Assembly: GCA_973895155.1 (NCBI GenBank)
Contig: OZ316896.1
Location: 11,088,795 to 11,152,794 of the forward strand
Source: Marsupella aquatica
Lineage: Eukaryota > Plantae > Marchantiophyta
Direction: 5' to 3'
Length of the DNA: 64,000 nucleotides
The first letter of the stretch is position 1. Every line of letters starts with the position of its first letter. Positions 1 through 11,541 of the stretch are shown here, piece after piece. Position numbers and translations under genes: made by a program. The notes below the pieces were generated by a model, which was not told the DNA's origin, searched no databases, and saw nothing but the letters and a program-made list of their open reading frames with translations.

Positions 1-1978
1 GTCGTATTGTAGAGTACTTAGCAACTGGTGAGAAGACCTCATTATAATCCACACCTTTCTCTTGTGTGAATCCCTTTGCTACCAATCTAGCCTTGTAGAC
101 CTTCGATCCACCTCCTATGGAATTATCCTTCAGCTTGTAAATCCACTTGTTGTCCACCACTTGCTGACCCTTAGGCAGCTTAACAAGCTCCCAAGTTTTG
201 TTGTCCTTTAGTGACTGCATCTCCGTTTGCATTGCTGCAGTCCACTTCTGCTTCTCTTTTGAAGCACTTGCCTCATGAAATGAAGAAGGTTCTCCTTCTT
301 CCAAAATTAACGCATCACCCTCATCATCAGCTGTAAAATCATCCTCTTGCAGTTGAGATGAATCAACCCACTGTCCATACCTTGATGGAGCGTGTACAGT
401 GCGACCAGATGTTCTTCTAGTCGATGACTCCGGTTGATCTGCGTGTGCTGGTACAATTTGAAGCTCAACAGCATCCACTTGTTGCTCACCAGCATCAACA
501 AACTCCTCTGGTTCCTCTGGCATAGGAACCAGCTCCATAATTGGAGCAACTCCTTCTCTCCGGTCATGCATCTCATAACCAATCTCCCCCTCAACGAGAT
601 CCGGGATAGGAGATTTTCCTTTGTCAGTACGGGAGACCTGAGTATTCTCCCCCTCCTTCAATAATCTGGATTCATTGAAGGAAACATCCCTACTGACAAC
701 GAGCTTACAGGCAATAGGATCCCATAGCCTATAGGCTTTCACACCACTCTGGTACCCAAGAAAAACACATTTCCTGGAGGTAGGATCCAACTTGGTCCTA
801 TTCTGCTTTGGTGTGAGAGCATATGCATCACTTCCAAAAATTACCAAGCCATGATAGTCTGCTTGCCGCTTATAGCGCATCTCAAACGGCGTTTTGAAAT
901 TGATAGCACTAGAAGGAGAAAGATTTACCAAATAAGCTGCGGTATTGACAGCTTCTGCCCAAAATTCTTGTGGTAAACCTGATTGGCTCAACATACTCCG
1001 TGACCGCTCCAACAGTGTCCGATTGAGCCTCTCAGCGACACCATTCTGCTGCGGAGTATAAACTGTGGTGAGATGGCGAGTTATCCCCTGTTCTGAACAG
1101 TACTCTTCAAATTCCATTGAAGTGTACTCCCCGCCGTTGTCTGACCTCAGACTCTTCACCCTTGTATCCAAACACTTGATCGTGTTTCCAGTCTGATTCT
1201 CCACCTGGGCCTTCCACTTCTTAAAAATGGACAAGACATCAGACTTATGCGTCATGAAATAAATCCACACAAATCTTGAGTAATCATCAATAAATGATAC
1301 ATAGTACAACTTTCCAGAGTGTGAGGGAGTCGGGGATGGACCCCACACGTCACTATGTATGTACTCAAGAACCGCTTTGGAACGATGAGTTCCAACACCA
1401 AAAGCACGACGATGCTGCTTTCCAAGAATGCAATGCTCACAAAACTCTAATTTACAAGATTGCAAATCAGAAATGAGTCCATTCTTCCGTAAGATAGCCA
1501 AACCCTTCTCACTCATGTGGCCTAGCCGTGAATGCCACAGTTGAGTCATCTCCTCGTGAGACTTGGTTACATTGGCCTCTCCACATACAGTATTGCCCTG
1601 TAACACATACAAATTCTTTTGTCTACTCCCCTTCAAAATCACTGTCTCTCCCGACCTGACTTGAAGTTCACCATCAATAACGCTCCATTGATGACCATTT
1701 GAATCCAACACACCGAGTGAAATCAGATTCTTACGCATGCCAGGTACATACCTGACTCCGGACACTATGCGCACAGCGCCATCAAACATTTGAATCTTCA
1801 CAGACCCAATTCCCTCAATTTGACAGGAGTGATCATTTCCCATCAGAACTGAACCGTTTGAAACAGAGTAAGAACTGAAAAACTCACGAATGTAACAAAT
1901 ATGAAAAGAGCAAGCACAATCAAGAATCCACACATCATCTGCTCTCCTAGATGACGTGCACAGGGCATACCCCCGGCT
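1..1978 (-). CDS. Copia pol frame (protease, GAG-pre-integrase, integrase, N-part of RT), open to the window edge
   Basis: Translated by eye with no stop: WILDCACSFHIC (PR), LWHSRLGHMSEKG and FCEHCILGKQHR (HHCC), IHSDVWGP, FIDDYSR, LRSDNGGEY, TPQQNGVAERLNRTL (IN), EPSSFHEA, YKARLVAKGFTQEKGVDYNEVFSPVAK (RT). It is absent from the ORF track, presumably because it runs off the window. Confidence 0.95.
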
Positions 1979-3001
1979 TCATAAAACATACTCATCATTG
2001 AGTAAATCAGCTTCTCCATCAGCCCTAGCCACATTTGCCGATGAAGTTTCCGCTGCCTTTCCCTTACAGTCTCGCTTGAAGTGTCCAACTTGGTTGCACT
2101 TCCAACATGTCACCTGCCTCCTCTGAGGGGATTTACCCTTGGACTTAGATCTGGATTTAGATCTAAACTGGGTTCTACGGTCCCCAGTTGGTCGCTGCAT
2201 ACTCCTCCCACGGTTAACATTGAGGGCAGCACCAGATGATGAAGGCTGTGACGTGATGTGCATCTTCTGCTGAAGATCATCACTAAGCAGAGAACTTACC
2301 ACGTCATTGTATGAAATGGTATCCCTATCACGATGCAACAACACTCGTGATAGGGACTGGTAAGATGGAGGCAATGAACTAAGAAGCTGCAGAGCCTTCG
2401 TCTCATCATTCAAAGTCTCCCCAAGGTTTTCCAAGTCAACGACCATGTCGTTGAAAGCATCCACATGGTCTTGCAACTTCGTACCAGATTCCTTCATCCT
2501 GAAACTCATCAGTTTGTAGGAAGTGTAGAGCCGGTTTGACAACTCCTTGCGGTGATACTTGCTCTGCAATTCCGCAAACAAGGACATGCAATCCTTATGT
2601 GCACCTAACTGCTTGATGATGGGAGGCATGAGATAGAGTGTAACACACCACACTCCCTGCTCCTGCATGCGGTCCCATTGTTTCTCATCAACATCGTCTT
2701 CACGAGGGCTCAGCAGTTGGCCCATCCCTGACGCATAAAGCACTCCCTTCACTTGCTTCTCCCATAGCAAGTAGTCAGAGCGCCCATCATACTTTGTCAC
2801 TTCATACTTGGGTCCCCCAAGCTTGAAAGTCCCCATCTTCTTCTTTACCGTGAGCTCCGGTAGTAGTACTGCTTCCTCCACCACACGCCGCACCGGTGAT
2901 GGTATCGGTGTCACGTGCTCTTCCTCCTGCTCCTCTCTCTGCCCCTGAAACCTCCGCGGTGATCCTCGTGCTTCAAGTTCCACGTCTTCGAAAAAACTCA
3001 T
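1979..3001 (-). CDS. Copia Gag with CCHC zinc knuckle
   Basis: KYDGRSDYLLWEKQVKGVL, LLSSLPPSY (UBN2-like gag core) and CWKCNQVGHFKRDC zinc knuckle. First ATG at 3001; ends in TGA at 1981-1979. Confidence 0.93.
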   Translation of the reverse strand: MSFFEDVELEARGSPRRFQGQREEQEEEHVTPIPSPVRRVVEEAVLLPELTVKKKMGTFKLGGPKYEVTKYDGRSDYLLWEKQVKGVLYASGMGQLLSPREDDVDEKQWDRMQEQGVWCVTLYLMPPIIKQLGAHKDCMSLFAELQSKYHRKELSNRLYTSYKLMSFRMKESGTKLQDHVDAFNDMVVDLENLGETLNDETKALQLLSSLPPSYQSLSRVLLHRDRDTISYNDVVSSLLSDDLQQKMHITSQPSSSGAALNVNRGRSMQRPTGDRRTQFRSKSRSKSKGKSPQRRQVTCWKCNQVGHFKRDCKGKAAETSSANVARADGEADLLNDEYVL

Positions 3002-4155
3002 CCGAATCACTCATATGAGAAAGTCACAAAAAATGTTGTTTTTCACAACTTCTCAAAAAACTCAAAACTCAACACCGCCGCGTAGCCTACAAAGCTAGGA
3101 GTCCAATACTGAAAACCGAAATCAAAATCGAAATTTGACGGAAAAGTTATTCAAATTTCGGTCGAGGTGGGTAAAACCTTGGGAAACTCCCCCGTTTTGA
3201 CCACCTCAGGGAATAACCGAAATACCAAGTACAACCCGTTGTCGGAATTGCGATGTGATTGGTGCGCTGCATTGCCAACTTCAATGGCTATGACCTCGCC
3301 GAAAAATAACCAAAAAAGTTACCGTTCGGCGGATGAAATCTTTGTCGGACGGTAAAAAAATAGCTCTCTGGTTTTTTTGGAATATTCTATGACCCTTGTA
3401 CAGGCCCTGTGGGAATTTTGGAAGAACAATTGAGGGGCTGACATGTGTCCTCGAACCCCCAAAACCCCCTACCACCCTTCGTCGTCGAAATCTGGTCGCG
3501 CGCGCAGAAAATACACACGGCAGAATGTACCCCTCGACACCAAACGCAAGATATCTCACTCGGGTTTTGACGAAATCAAGATCCGATTTCAGATTTGGAA
3601 ACTAGACTCCGAGGCAATGAAGATCGATATAAGAAGCACCCAAAACGAGGAAAGAACGAGGGAGAAAAAAATTGGTAAAGATGACAGATTTCTCTCAATT
3701 GCCATAGCCAATTTCGAATCAGTTTTTCAAAGAGAAAAAAATGGTACCTTGTCAACAACGAATGTTGATCAATTGCACTTGGTGCCGTCACCAAGTCCAA
3801 CAAGGTAATTGATTTTGCTTAGCCTTCCTCTTTGCATCAAAGAGCCAATCCCGGACTCAAAAACAATCGTCTTGCCTCAATCTCTCCGTTGAGTCAAAAC
3901 ACTTGACGCTTCTCCCTCCGAGTCGATTGCCAACTTTCTTCACAAAATCCAGAACGACGAAAACTTAGATCTCTCTGCACCACGAGCTCCGTTCAACGAT
4001 TTCTTCACACCGTTAGAAAGCTCTTGCCCTGATCTATCCGTTGAGCCCATAAACTCCAAGTTCCATGCGATGGAACTCTGGAAAATCCACCAACACTCAA
4101 CGCTGGAAAAACCGTCATGAAATCCCGTCACGAACACACGTCACCTCCCAAGCAT

Positions 4156-4167
4156 GCTCTGATACCA
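4156..4167 (-). other. Primer-binding site complementary to the tRNA-iMet 3' end
   Basis: Minus strand reads TGGTATCAGAGC, 2 nt inside the LTR end (...CAACA AT TGGTATCAGAGC). Confidence 0.95.
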
Positions 4168-4169
4168 AT

Positions 4170-4644
4170 TGTTGAGCATAGACGACGATCGCAACGGCAA
4201 GCCCATGAACCATCCAACGCACAATAGTCGACACAAGAGATACGTGGTTCACCTCCTTGAGGCTACGTCCACGGGAACACACAAGAGAACTTTACTGAAC
4301 TCTAAGCCCGTCGGCTATACCGAGTCTCCACAGTGTAAGCTCTCCCTATCTCTCAAGTGGCTCCATAACAATGAGCCTTGGTTCTACCTCTCCAAGCACA
4401 CATGCCTCTTATGATATAGTGTGCAACTTAGTTGTACCTAACCACATAGTTGTACCTAACCACATAGTTGTACCTAATCACGTAGTTGTACCTAACCACA
4501 TAGTTGTACCTAATCACGTAGTTGTACCTAACCACATAGTTGTACCTAATCACATAGTTGTACCTAACCACGTAGTTGTACCAACCCACGTTGTTGTACC
4601 AACCACGTCATACCTAACCTAGACGTAAGAGTAAATACCCAACA
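4170..4644 (-). repeat. 5' LTR of the copia element (about 475 bp)
   Basis: TGTTG at 4170 and CAACA ending at 4644 form terminal inverted repeats, and the PBS is adjacent. The partner LTR lies outside the window, so the outer end is inferred. Confidence 0.8.
4429..4619. repeat. 18-bp tandem array (10 copies plus 1 degenerate) within the LTR
   Basis: Unit TAGTTGTACCTAA(C/T)CAC(A/G); GTAC recurs every 18 nt from 4434 to 4596. Confidence 0.97.
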
Positions 4645-6058
4645 GAAAAGAGTGAGGGGGGGGGGCTTGTTTGACTTAAGTGTATACACACAAGCCATAA
4701 CTTCCCACCCCATCGCTCAACGTTTTTCCATAGAAATTGCACCGGCATCAACGGAAATTGTATGTACCGACCTAAGCAGCTGAGACGAGAATGTCTCCTA
4801 TCTTCTTCTCCTCACCGCGAACTTGGCAGTTCTTCTTGAATAAAAGGCGTAAGAGAAACAATTGTACTGAAATCGAATCGAAAACCGGCAGGATGCCAAG
4901 ATTGGCCGGGAGCATCTAACGAATCATTGTGTGAATCCCGTGTACGGAACCGACGAGCACTGTCTGAGCTCTGTCAACAGCGATTCAAGAAGAACTGACA
5001 AACCCACAAACAAAGACATGCCCTAAGTAAACAAAGTCCTGGCGTCACACTAACAAGCGCGTTTGCTTCAAGAACGCCTGACATTTGCTATAAGAACATG
5101 TCGCTAACTCAAGTAGTACACTAGCCCTAACTACATACCTAGCGGACATGCGAGGGACATGCCGATGTGCATAAGAGGCACTGTCCCTCGGCATGACACT
5201 ATTGCATTACAGATTCTTCAAGGGTTTCTCTATCGGGGATGTCTCATTGGTGTAGCAAGTGAGTGAACTTGCTCTCTACTCTAAGCCAAAGGCTCTTACA
5301 ATGATATTTCACAAAGACCTCTAAACATGTCTTTAGGATATACATAATTCCGTTTGTTATTTTTTCCTTTGGATTTTTCAACGCAACCTTGGAGAAGAAT
5401 GCTTGATCAAGATTTATACAAGGATCTATACCACCTGGTTAGGAAGATTAATTCTCTTATAGTTTTACTAAAACTAGTAAAATGAGAATCTATTTGGTCT
5501 TTAAGTGCATTAAGGTCATATTTCCCAGGCATTATTAAGTGCCCCTCAAAATTTGAACTAAAGCTCTTGTTTGGGGCATTATATCCCACCATGCTTTTTA
5601 AACAGGGCATTGCTATATACCAAAAACATTTATATGTTTATCAAATGCAAAAGAACAAAAGGTGCCTAGCTCGGAGATAGGATTCATGGAAAGTCCCAAT
5701 CAAGAGGGGGCGCAACCAAGGAGCTAACAAGCCCAGGGACCCAGGAGAAGTGCAACCAGGAAAAGAAGTTATAGAACCCTACCTATCATTAAACTGAAGG
5801 ACCTGCTTAGCTCAAGAGTAATTCTGCATAGGAGATCAAGAGAATGGCTAGATGCCCATTCAAGAAGCGAATTGAATTGAATGACAAGACACCTATGGGG
5901 CCCTTTCCCCTGTTTTTTACTCCCCTTCATTGGGTTGTATTGCCTTCGGGATCTTGAATCCCCGTTAGGTATCTTTTGCCTTTGTGCAGTGTGATATATA
6001 TTTAAAGAGTGAATTAAGAGGTTTAAATTTGCTTCTCCTCCTTTGCCTGTACTTGTGA

Positions 6059-6690
6059 GAAAGCTCGGTCAGTCCGCACCATCGTTACATAGTTACTCGG
6101 GTAGCCAAACTACAGTCACCTCTTCGTCTTCCTCTGTCTCCCACAACCGCCCTCCTCCGAAGCGGGAAAGCTCGCTGAGCCCCGTCGTTACATACTTACT
6201 CGGGTAATCAAACTACAGTCACCTCTTCCCTGTCCCCCACGACGGCCCTCCAATGAAGCGGGAATGCTCGGATAGTTGGCCCCGTCATTACATAGTTACT
6301 CCGGTAGCCAAACTACAGTCACCTCTTCGTCTTCATCTGTCCCCCACGACGGCCTTCCAACGAAGCAGGACAGCTCGGTCAGTCGGCTGTCGTTACATAG
6401 TTACTCGGGTAGCCAAACTACAGTCACCTCTTCGTCCTTATCTGTCCCCCACGACGGCCCTCCAACGAAGCAGGTAAGCTCGGTCAGTCGGCCCTGTCGT
6501 TACATAGTTACTCGGGTAGCCAAACTATAGTCACCTCTTCGGCTTCCTGTGTCCCCACGACGGCCCTCCAACGAAGCGGGGAAGCTCTCTCAGTCGGCTC
6601 CGTGTTACATAGTTACTCTGGTATCCGAACTACAGTCAGCTCTTCCTCTCTCACCCAGACTGCCATCCAACGAAGGCCCTCCAACGAAGA
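6059..6690. repeat. About 105-bp tandem array, 6 units, upstream of TAF12
   Basis: Core CGTTACATAGTTACTCGGGTAGCCAAACTACAGTCACCTCTTC recurs near 6083, 6186, 6286, 6391, 6498 and 6603. Confidence 0.93.
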
Positions 6691-7358
6691 CAGTCGAACG
6701 CTCGACGGGTCGACGCTTGACGAACCGAGTCGGGATCAGGTTAGAGCGTGGCATCGAGCCGGATGAAATGAATACACAGAGGTTGACACAGAGAGAACGA
6801 GCTCTTGCAGATGGGGCACATTGGACGGGATCTTACTCGCACAATGTTTTCGAGCGCGTTGGACTCAAAGCACAAATTTAGGTGCTCGGCCTTCAAGGTG
6901 CGGATACGTTTCTCGCCCTGATACTTTAAAGCATTCCGCTGTTTCGCTCTTGTCGCAATTGGTTCTCGTTGTTCTTCTTTCGTCGTCTTTCTCGCTGGTT
7001 TTTTTGCTTGCGCCTCTGTCTTCCTCTCCCTGTATGGCGCATATAATTGCACGAAGGCCGTGGTGTTGTTGCATTCTGGTTCAAGTGCTTTCCTTGTCGC
7101 ATGGCTTCCAAAATGAGGAGAGGGCGACGTTCTCGTCAGGGTTTCGGCTGAAGTTTTTTCCGGAAATTTTTGGGACGGCAGGACCTAATTGTGAACATCG
7201 TTGAGGCTATAGGGCATCGGAGGAATAATTTTTTCGTCTTCATGTGGAGCAATTAATTCAACAATGAGGTTTTAGCTCTGCAAGAGCTGCGGACGGGCCT
7301 ACGAGAGTTGCAAAGCGTGGCGTAGGTTTTGTGGTTGTAGGATTGTGGGAGTACGCCC

Positions 7359-8982
7359 ATGGCTGGGCAGGCTCCTCCCCCTGGTTCTACACCTCAGGTA
7401 TCGATATCTACAGCTCCTGCTCTTTCTCCCACACCTCAGCAGCATTCATCCGTGTCGACTTCATCTGCGCCTGGAGGTCCAGGATTGTCATCGTCTCTAG
7501 CATCTGGAATGGTGTCTCCACTTGGAGGGATGGGATCAAGCTCAGTTTCGTCTCAGGCGTCTCCTGCACCAACTACTGCCTCCAGCGCGACGCTCTTGAA
7601 TCCACAAATGCAACAGCAAACCCTCCCAAACCCTTCCAATCAGCCTTCCATGCTCGGTCACCATGTAAGCTTGCAAACATATCAGCAAAGTTTGCAAAAC
7701 CAGCAGGCCAGCACACCGGCTCACTTGCAGGCTCAGACTTCTGGTCAAAGTCCTTCAAGACAGGGTGTCGGGCAAAACGCTTCAGTTCAAAATTTAGCAC
7801 AGCTGCAGAACCAACATTCAGGTCAACAAGCGTTAGGGCAAAATCAACACTTAACTCAACAGATAGTGAATCAAAATCAGCAGCAGAAGCAACAGCAACA
7901 GCAGCCCAGGCAACCGCAGTATTCTCAAAACCCACAAATGAATTCTCAAGTGCAACCGGGCACCTCCCTTCAGCAAGGGAATTCTGCCTCTCAAAGTCAA
8001 CCCGTCAGCAACATTCCACGAGTTTCATCAGCCCAGCGACTCTTGCAGATGCAGCAACCGGGTGGTGGCGTTGGTGGGATGAGGACTGCATCTCTGGTCG
8101 CAAGTGGGTCTTTTAACCAGCAGATGTCTCCTTCTCTCTCAGGGTCAGTATCGTCTCCTGGAGGTGTGCAGACCATGTCTTCTAATGTGTCCCTTCAACA
8201 GCAACAACAGCAGCTTCTGGCTCAAAGGGCTTATCAGGGGCAGCAGCAACAAGCCACCTTACCTGCGCAACAGAGACTTCAGCAAGCCCCACAGCAGGCA
8301 GCCCAGCTAGCTCAGCAAAACCAACAGGCCTCTTCTCCAAGTCAATCACTGCCTCAACAATTGCAGGCTTCAACTCGGCCTTCCCCCTTCTCACAATCCC
8401 AACAACCTATGGGTTCTCAGTTTGGACATCACTTGCAACAGCAGGCGGGGGCTTCTTCAAGGCTCAGTACTGTGGGTGGCTCAGCACAAGGTCAAGGAAC
8501 AGCGCTTCCTTCTATGTTATCTGTCCCTCCAGCGCAATCTTTCTCTGGACTGCAATCACAGTTGACTTCTCCGCCGTCGCAAGCTTTGCAGGTATGACAC
8601 ATCTTCACTTCTTTCTGTTGGCGTTATGCAAATGCGCGAACTTGTGAAAGGCCTGTACCACTGGCCTGATTTTCAAAGACTCTATTCAAGTCGATGCCGT
8701 TGTGAATTTTTCCAATGAATTATATTCATCTCCCTAGACTCTTTCACATTCTGCCCAACGTACTGGTAGGCAAGACACAATGAAGCACAGTCTTCTCAAT
8801 TTCAAGCTGTTGCAACACCAAGTTCGTCGTTTCAAGGATTGTCACCGATGACTATGATGAGTAGAGCTGGCCTTTCTGTCTCTGGTGGATTGGGTGCCCA
8901 GCTTGCTCGAGCATCTACTCCACTCGCGGCGCAGCAGCAGCGTATGCAGCAGCAGCAGGGCGCAAGAGTACAGCAGCAGATA

Positions 8983-9014
<32 letters not shown>

Positions 9015-9039
9015 ACAACAACAGCAACAACAACAACAG

Positions 9040-9074
<35 letters not shown>

Positions 9075-11541
9075 GCAGCAGCAGCAGCAATCAAGCCTCA
9101 CGTCTCCTCCGGTTTGACCTATAATCGTTTGCCTCAGTTTGCATTTGAGAGCTCTTTAAATTATCTTAAAGCAAGCCTGTCAAGCTATTAATTACTCTTT
9201 CTACGAGCTGTCGCACCATCAACCATTCTGTTTTCCTATTATCCTTTCTGCAGTGTGGATGCTTTGGTGTCGATGCAATTCAATCGTCTGTTAGATTTGA
9301 GCCAGCTATCACTGTATTGTGACTCAAGCGATTGTCTTATGCAACACAGAAACAACAAAATGTACAGCAGCATTCGAGGCTCCAACCCATGGGATCGTTG
9401 GGGTCTCAAATGCAAAATCTTGCATCCCCTCAACAAAATAGCACTGCGTCTCCACAGACACAGTCATGGCTTCCAGCTGGTCAGATGAAACCGATGCAAA
9501 ATCAAACACCATCAGGTCCCTTTCAACTTCAGCAACAACAACTTCAAGCATCCCAACAGCGGTCTCAACAACCACAGATCTCATCTCAACCACAGCAGCA
9601 ACAATCGCCTGCAGCTCTGCAGCAACCAGAAGCTCAGCAACAGCAACCGCTCCATCCGTCGCAGCAGCAGCTCCCAAGTGCACCTGCATCTACACCTGCA
9701 AGTGCTGCAGCACCTCCGCCACCACATGCACCACTGCACCAACGGGCAACTAATCAACGACCTGTAACACCAACAGCTCCACAATCCACCACTCCCGGTC
9801 CCAGCAGTCAGGCGTCAGATTCAAATGGGAAAATCCTGGGCAAGAGGAGCATTCAAGATCTAGTGTCTCAAGTGAGTTTTCTGTGTCAATGATTCTGTTC
9901 TTAAGTCACGTGCTTGACTGGGATGGGAGAAATGCCTAACCTATTTTTGACAGGTTGATCCACGGGAGAGGCTGGATCCAGATGTCGAGGATGTCCTTCT
10001 GGAGATTGCAGATGATTTTGTGGAAACGGTAGGTCATTTCGTTGTCGTTTTGTTCAAGTTGCTGTTCATAATTTTAGCATAAAATATCTTTCTAAAGAGT
10101 CGAACATTGACACCCCCAGTGCATTGCCTCTGTTTGAATATCCAGGTGACATCATTTGCTTGTGCCTTAGCAAAGCATCGCAAATCACCCGTATTGGAAG
10201 CCAAAGATGTCCTCCTCCATCTGGGTCAGTACGCTTTCCTCTTCGTTGAGGGTTTTGAGACATCTTTGTCAGATGACCATGCATGTTTTATAATAATTCA
10301 ACCGAATTGTCTCTCTAACAGGTATTGTTTTTGGGTGAGTCTTTGCGATGGTCGATTTTGATAAATGTCAGTCAAAGTTGCTTAACCTTTAATACACCTT
10401 CCAAAAAGTGGTGTAGTAGTTATGTGTCAAAATCATCTTGGAACCTAAAAAGTTCTTCACGCTAGCATGCCGGACCTTAGATGGTTCCAATTAATTTGCT
10501 GAATGAGGAACTAGTCCCCTCACGATATAAAGGAAGGGGTCTCTTGTTGTTTTCCTAGAAAACGTTTTCGCTGTACAGCTGTGGCATTTCTGTCAAAGCT
10601 TGAAGCTGGATAGAGTCGTTTGGAGCCCGGATGGAAAATTTGACACTTTGGACATTTTGCATGGAATGTCTAAGCAGAAAGGAACTGGCACATGACAATT
10701 CCTGGATTTGCTGGCGATGATTATAGGGCGTACAAGAAGCCGGTTAGTTCCAGATAGCCCATCTGATGTAGTTATTTTTCGGATGGAAGCTGACCTTAGA
10801 TTTATCTCTGGTGTATATGTTTTGGCATTTTCTTACTGTGAAGTCCTTGATTGAAGTCTCAGTTGAGGCAGTCAAGGCTCGCGGTTTCGACTAGACAATG
10901 TTTTTGTGATTACTTTCTTACTATTTCCTTACAAGTAAACTGGTCTATCATATTGCTCAGCTCAAGTGGGGATTAGCCAAAGTTGGTCCAGGCCAGAGGT
11001 GTTTTGTTTCATCGCGTGGCTTCCATGAAGCTTCGTGCCTGTCAACTTGCATCTTATAGCAGATTCTTACATTCGGACATTATAATTTATTTTATCCAAT
11101 GTTTGGTACAGTAGATAAGACATAAGTCGGTTGTTGTGGATTAAAGGATTCGAACTGAAGGTGACGCACACACATGGAGCTGATCAATGTTAAACTGATG
11201 AATTTCAAATTGTTGTTCTATTTTGCAGTCTGTCAGCGAGAGTCACAAGCAACGGCTAGCAGTGGTATTTGTCGAAAACGAGCTTTGCCTTAGTCTTTCC
11301 CACTCTGTTTGTATGACTAATTGCTGCCAGATATACCAAACTTTCTTTGCTGGTCACTCATCACTCTAGGTTTGCCACTTGTCCGCAGGTTAGGAAGTCT
11401 CTCGCGTCAGCGCATCCATCTCAAGAGACAAAAGGCACTCCAATATTAGGAGCAGAGAAACCCACTTCTGGATCACAGTCGACAAAATCTATTGCAGCAA
11501 CTGTTCCCATTACTTCTCCCAGAATCCATCGTGTGCAGTAG
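7359..11541 (+). CDS. TAF12: TFIID subunit TAF12 (TAF12/TAF12b-like), about 834 aa, long Q/S/P-rich N-terminus plus histone fold
   Basis: Exons read by eye, all GT-AG and frame-consistent: 7359-8591, 8770-9111, 9350-9871, 9954-10028, 10146-10224, 10678-10742, 11229-11264, 11389-11541. The spliced product contains [76 protein letters not shown], the TAF12 histone fold. Confidence 0.95.
8931..9090 (+). repeat. Coding CAG/CAA microsatellite (polyglutamine) in TAF12 exon 2
   Basis: Long CAA/CAG runs translating to QQQ in the TAF12 frame. Confidence 0.95.

Larger units (their letters stand above)
1..4644 (-). mobile_element. Ty1/copia LTR retrotransposon, 5' portion (5' LTR, PBS, leader, gag, PR, IN, start of RT); continues beyond the left edge
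   Basis: Minus-strand domain order is gag-PR-IN-RT, which is diagnostic for copia. The LTR is bounded by TGTTG...CAACA and is followed by a tRNA-iMet PBS. Confidence 0.97.

Noticed and set aside
4371-4622. ORF with VVPNHI repeats
   Set aside because: It is just the translation of the 18-bp LTR array on the antisense strand.
5400-5900. Possible decayed LINE 3' end
   Set aside because: Only a vague resemblance; no diagnostic motif could be read.
6059-6690. CRISPR-like appearance of the conserved-core array
   Set aside because: The intervening segments are homologous to each other rather than unique spacers; the context is eukaryotic and has no cas genes.
8832-9124. Poly-C, poly-L and poly-N ORFs
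   Set aside because: Alternative frames of the TAF12 CAG/CAA tract.
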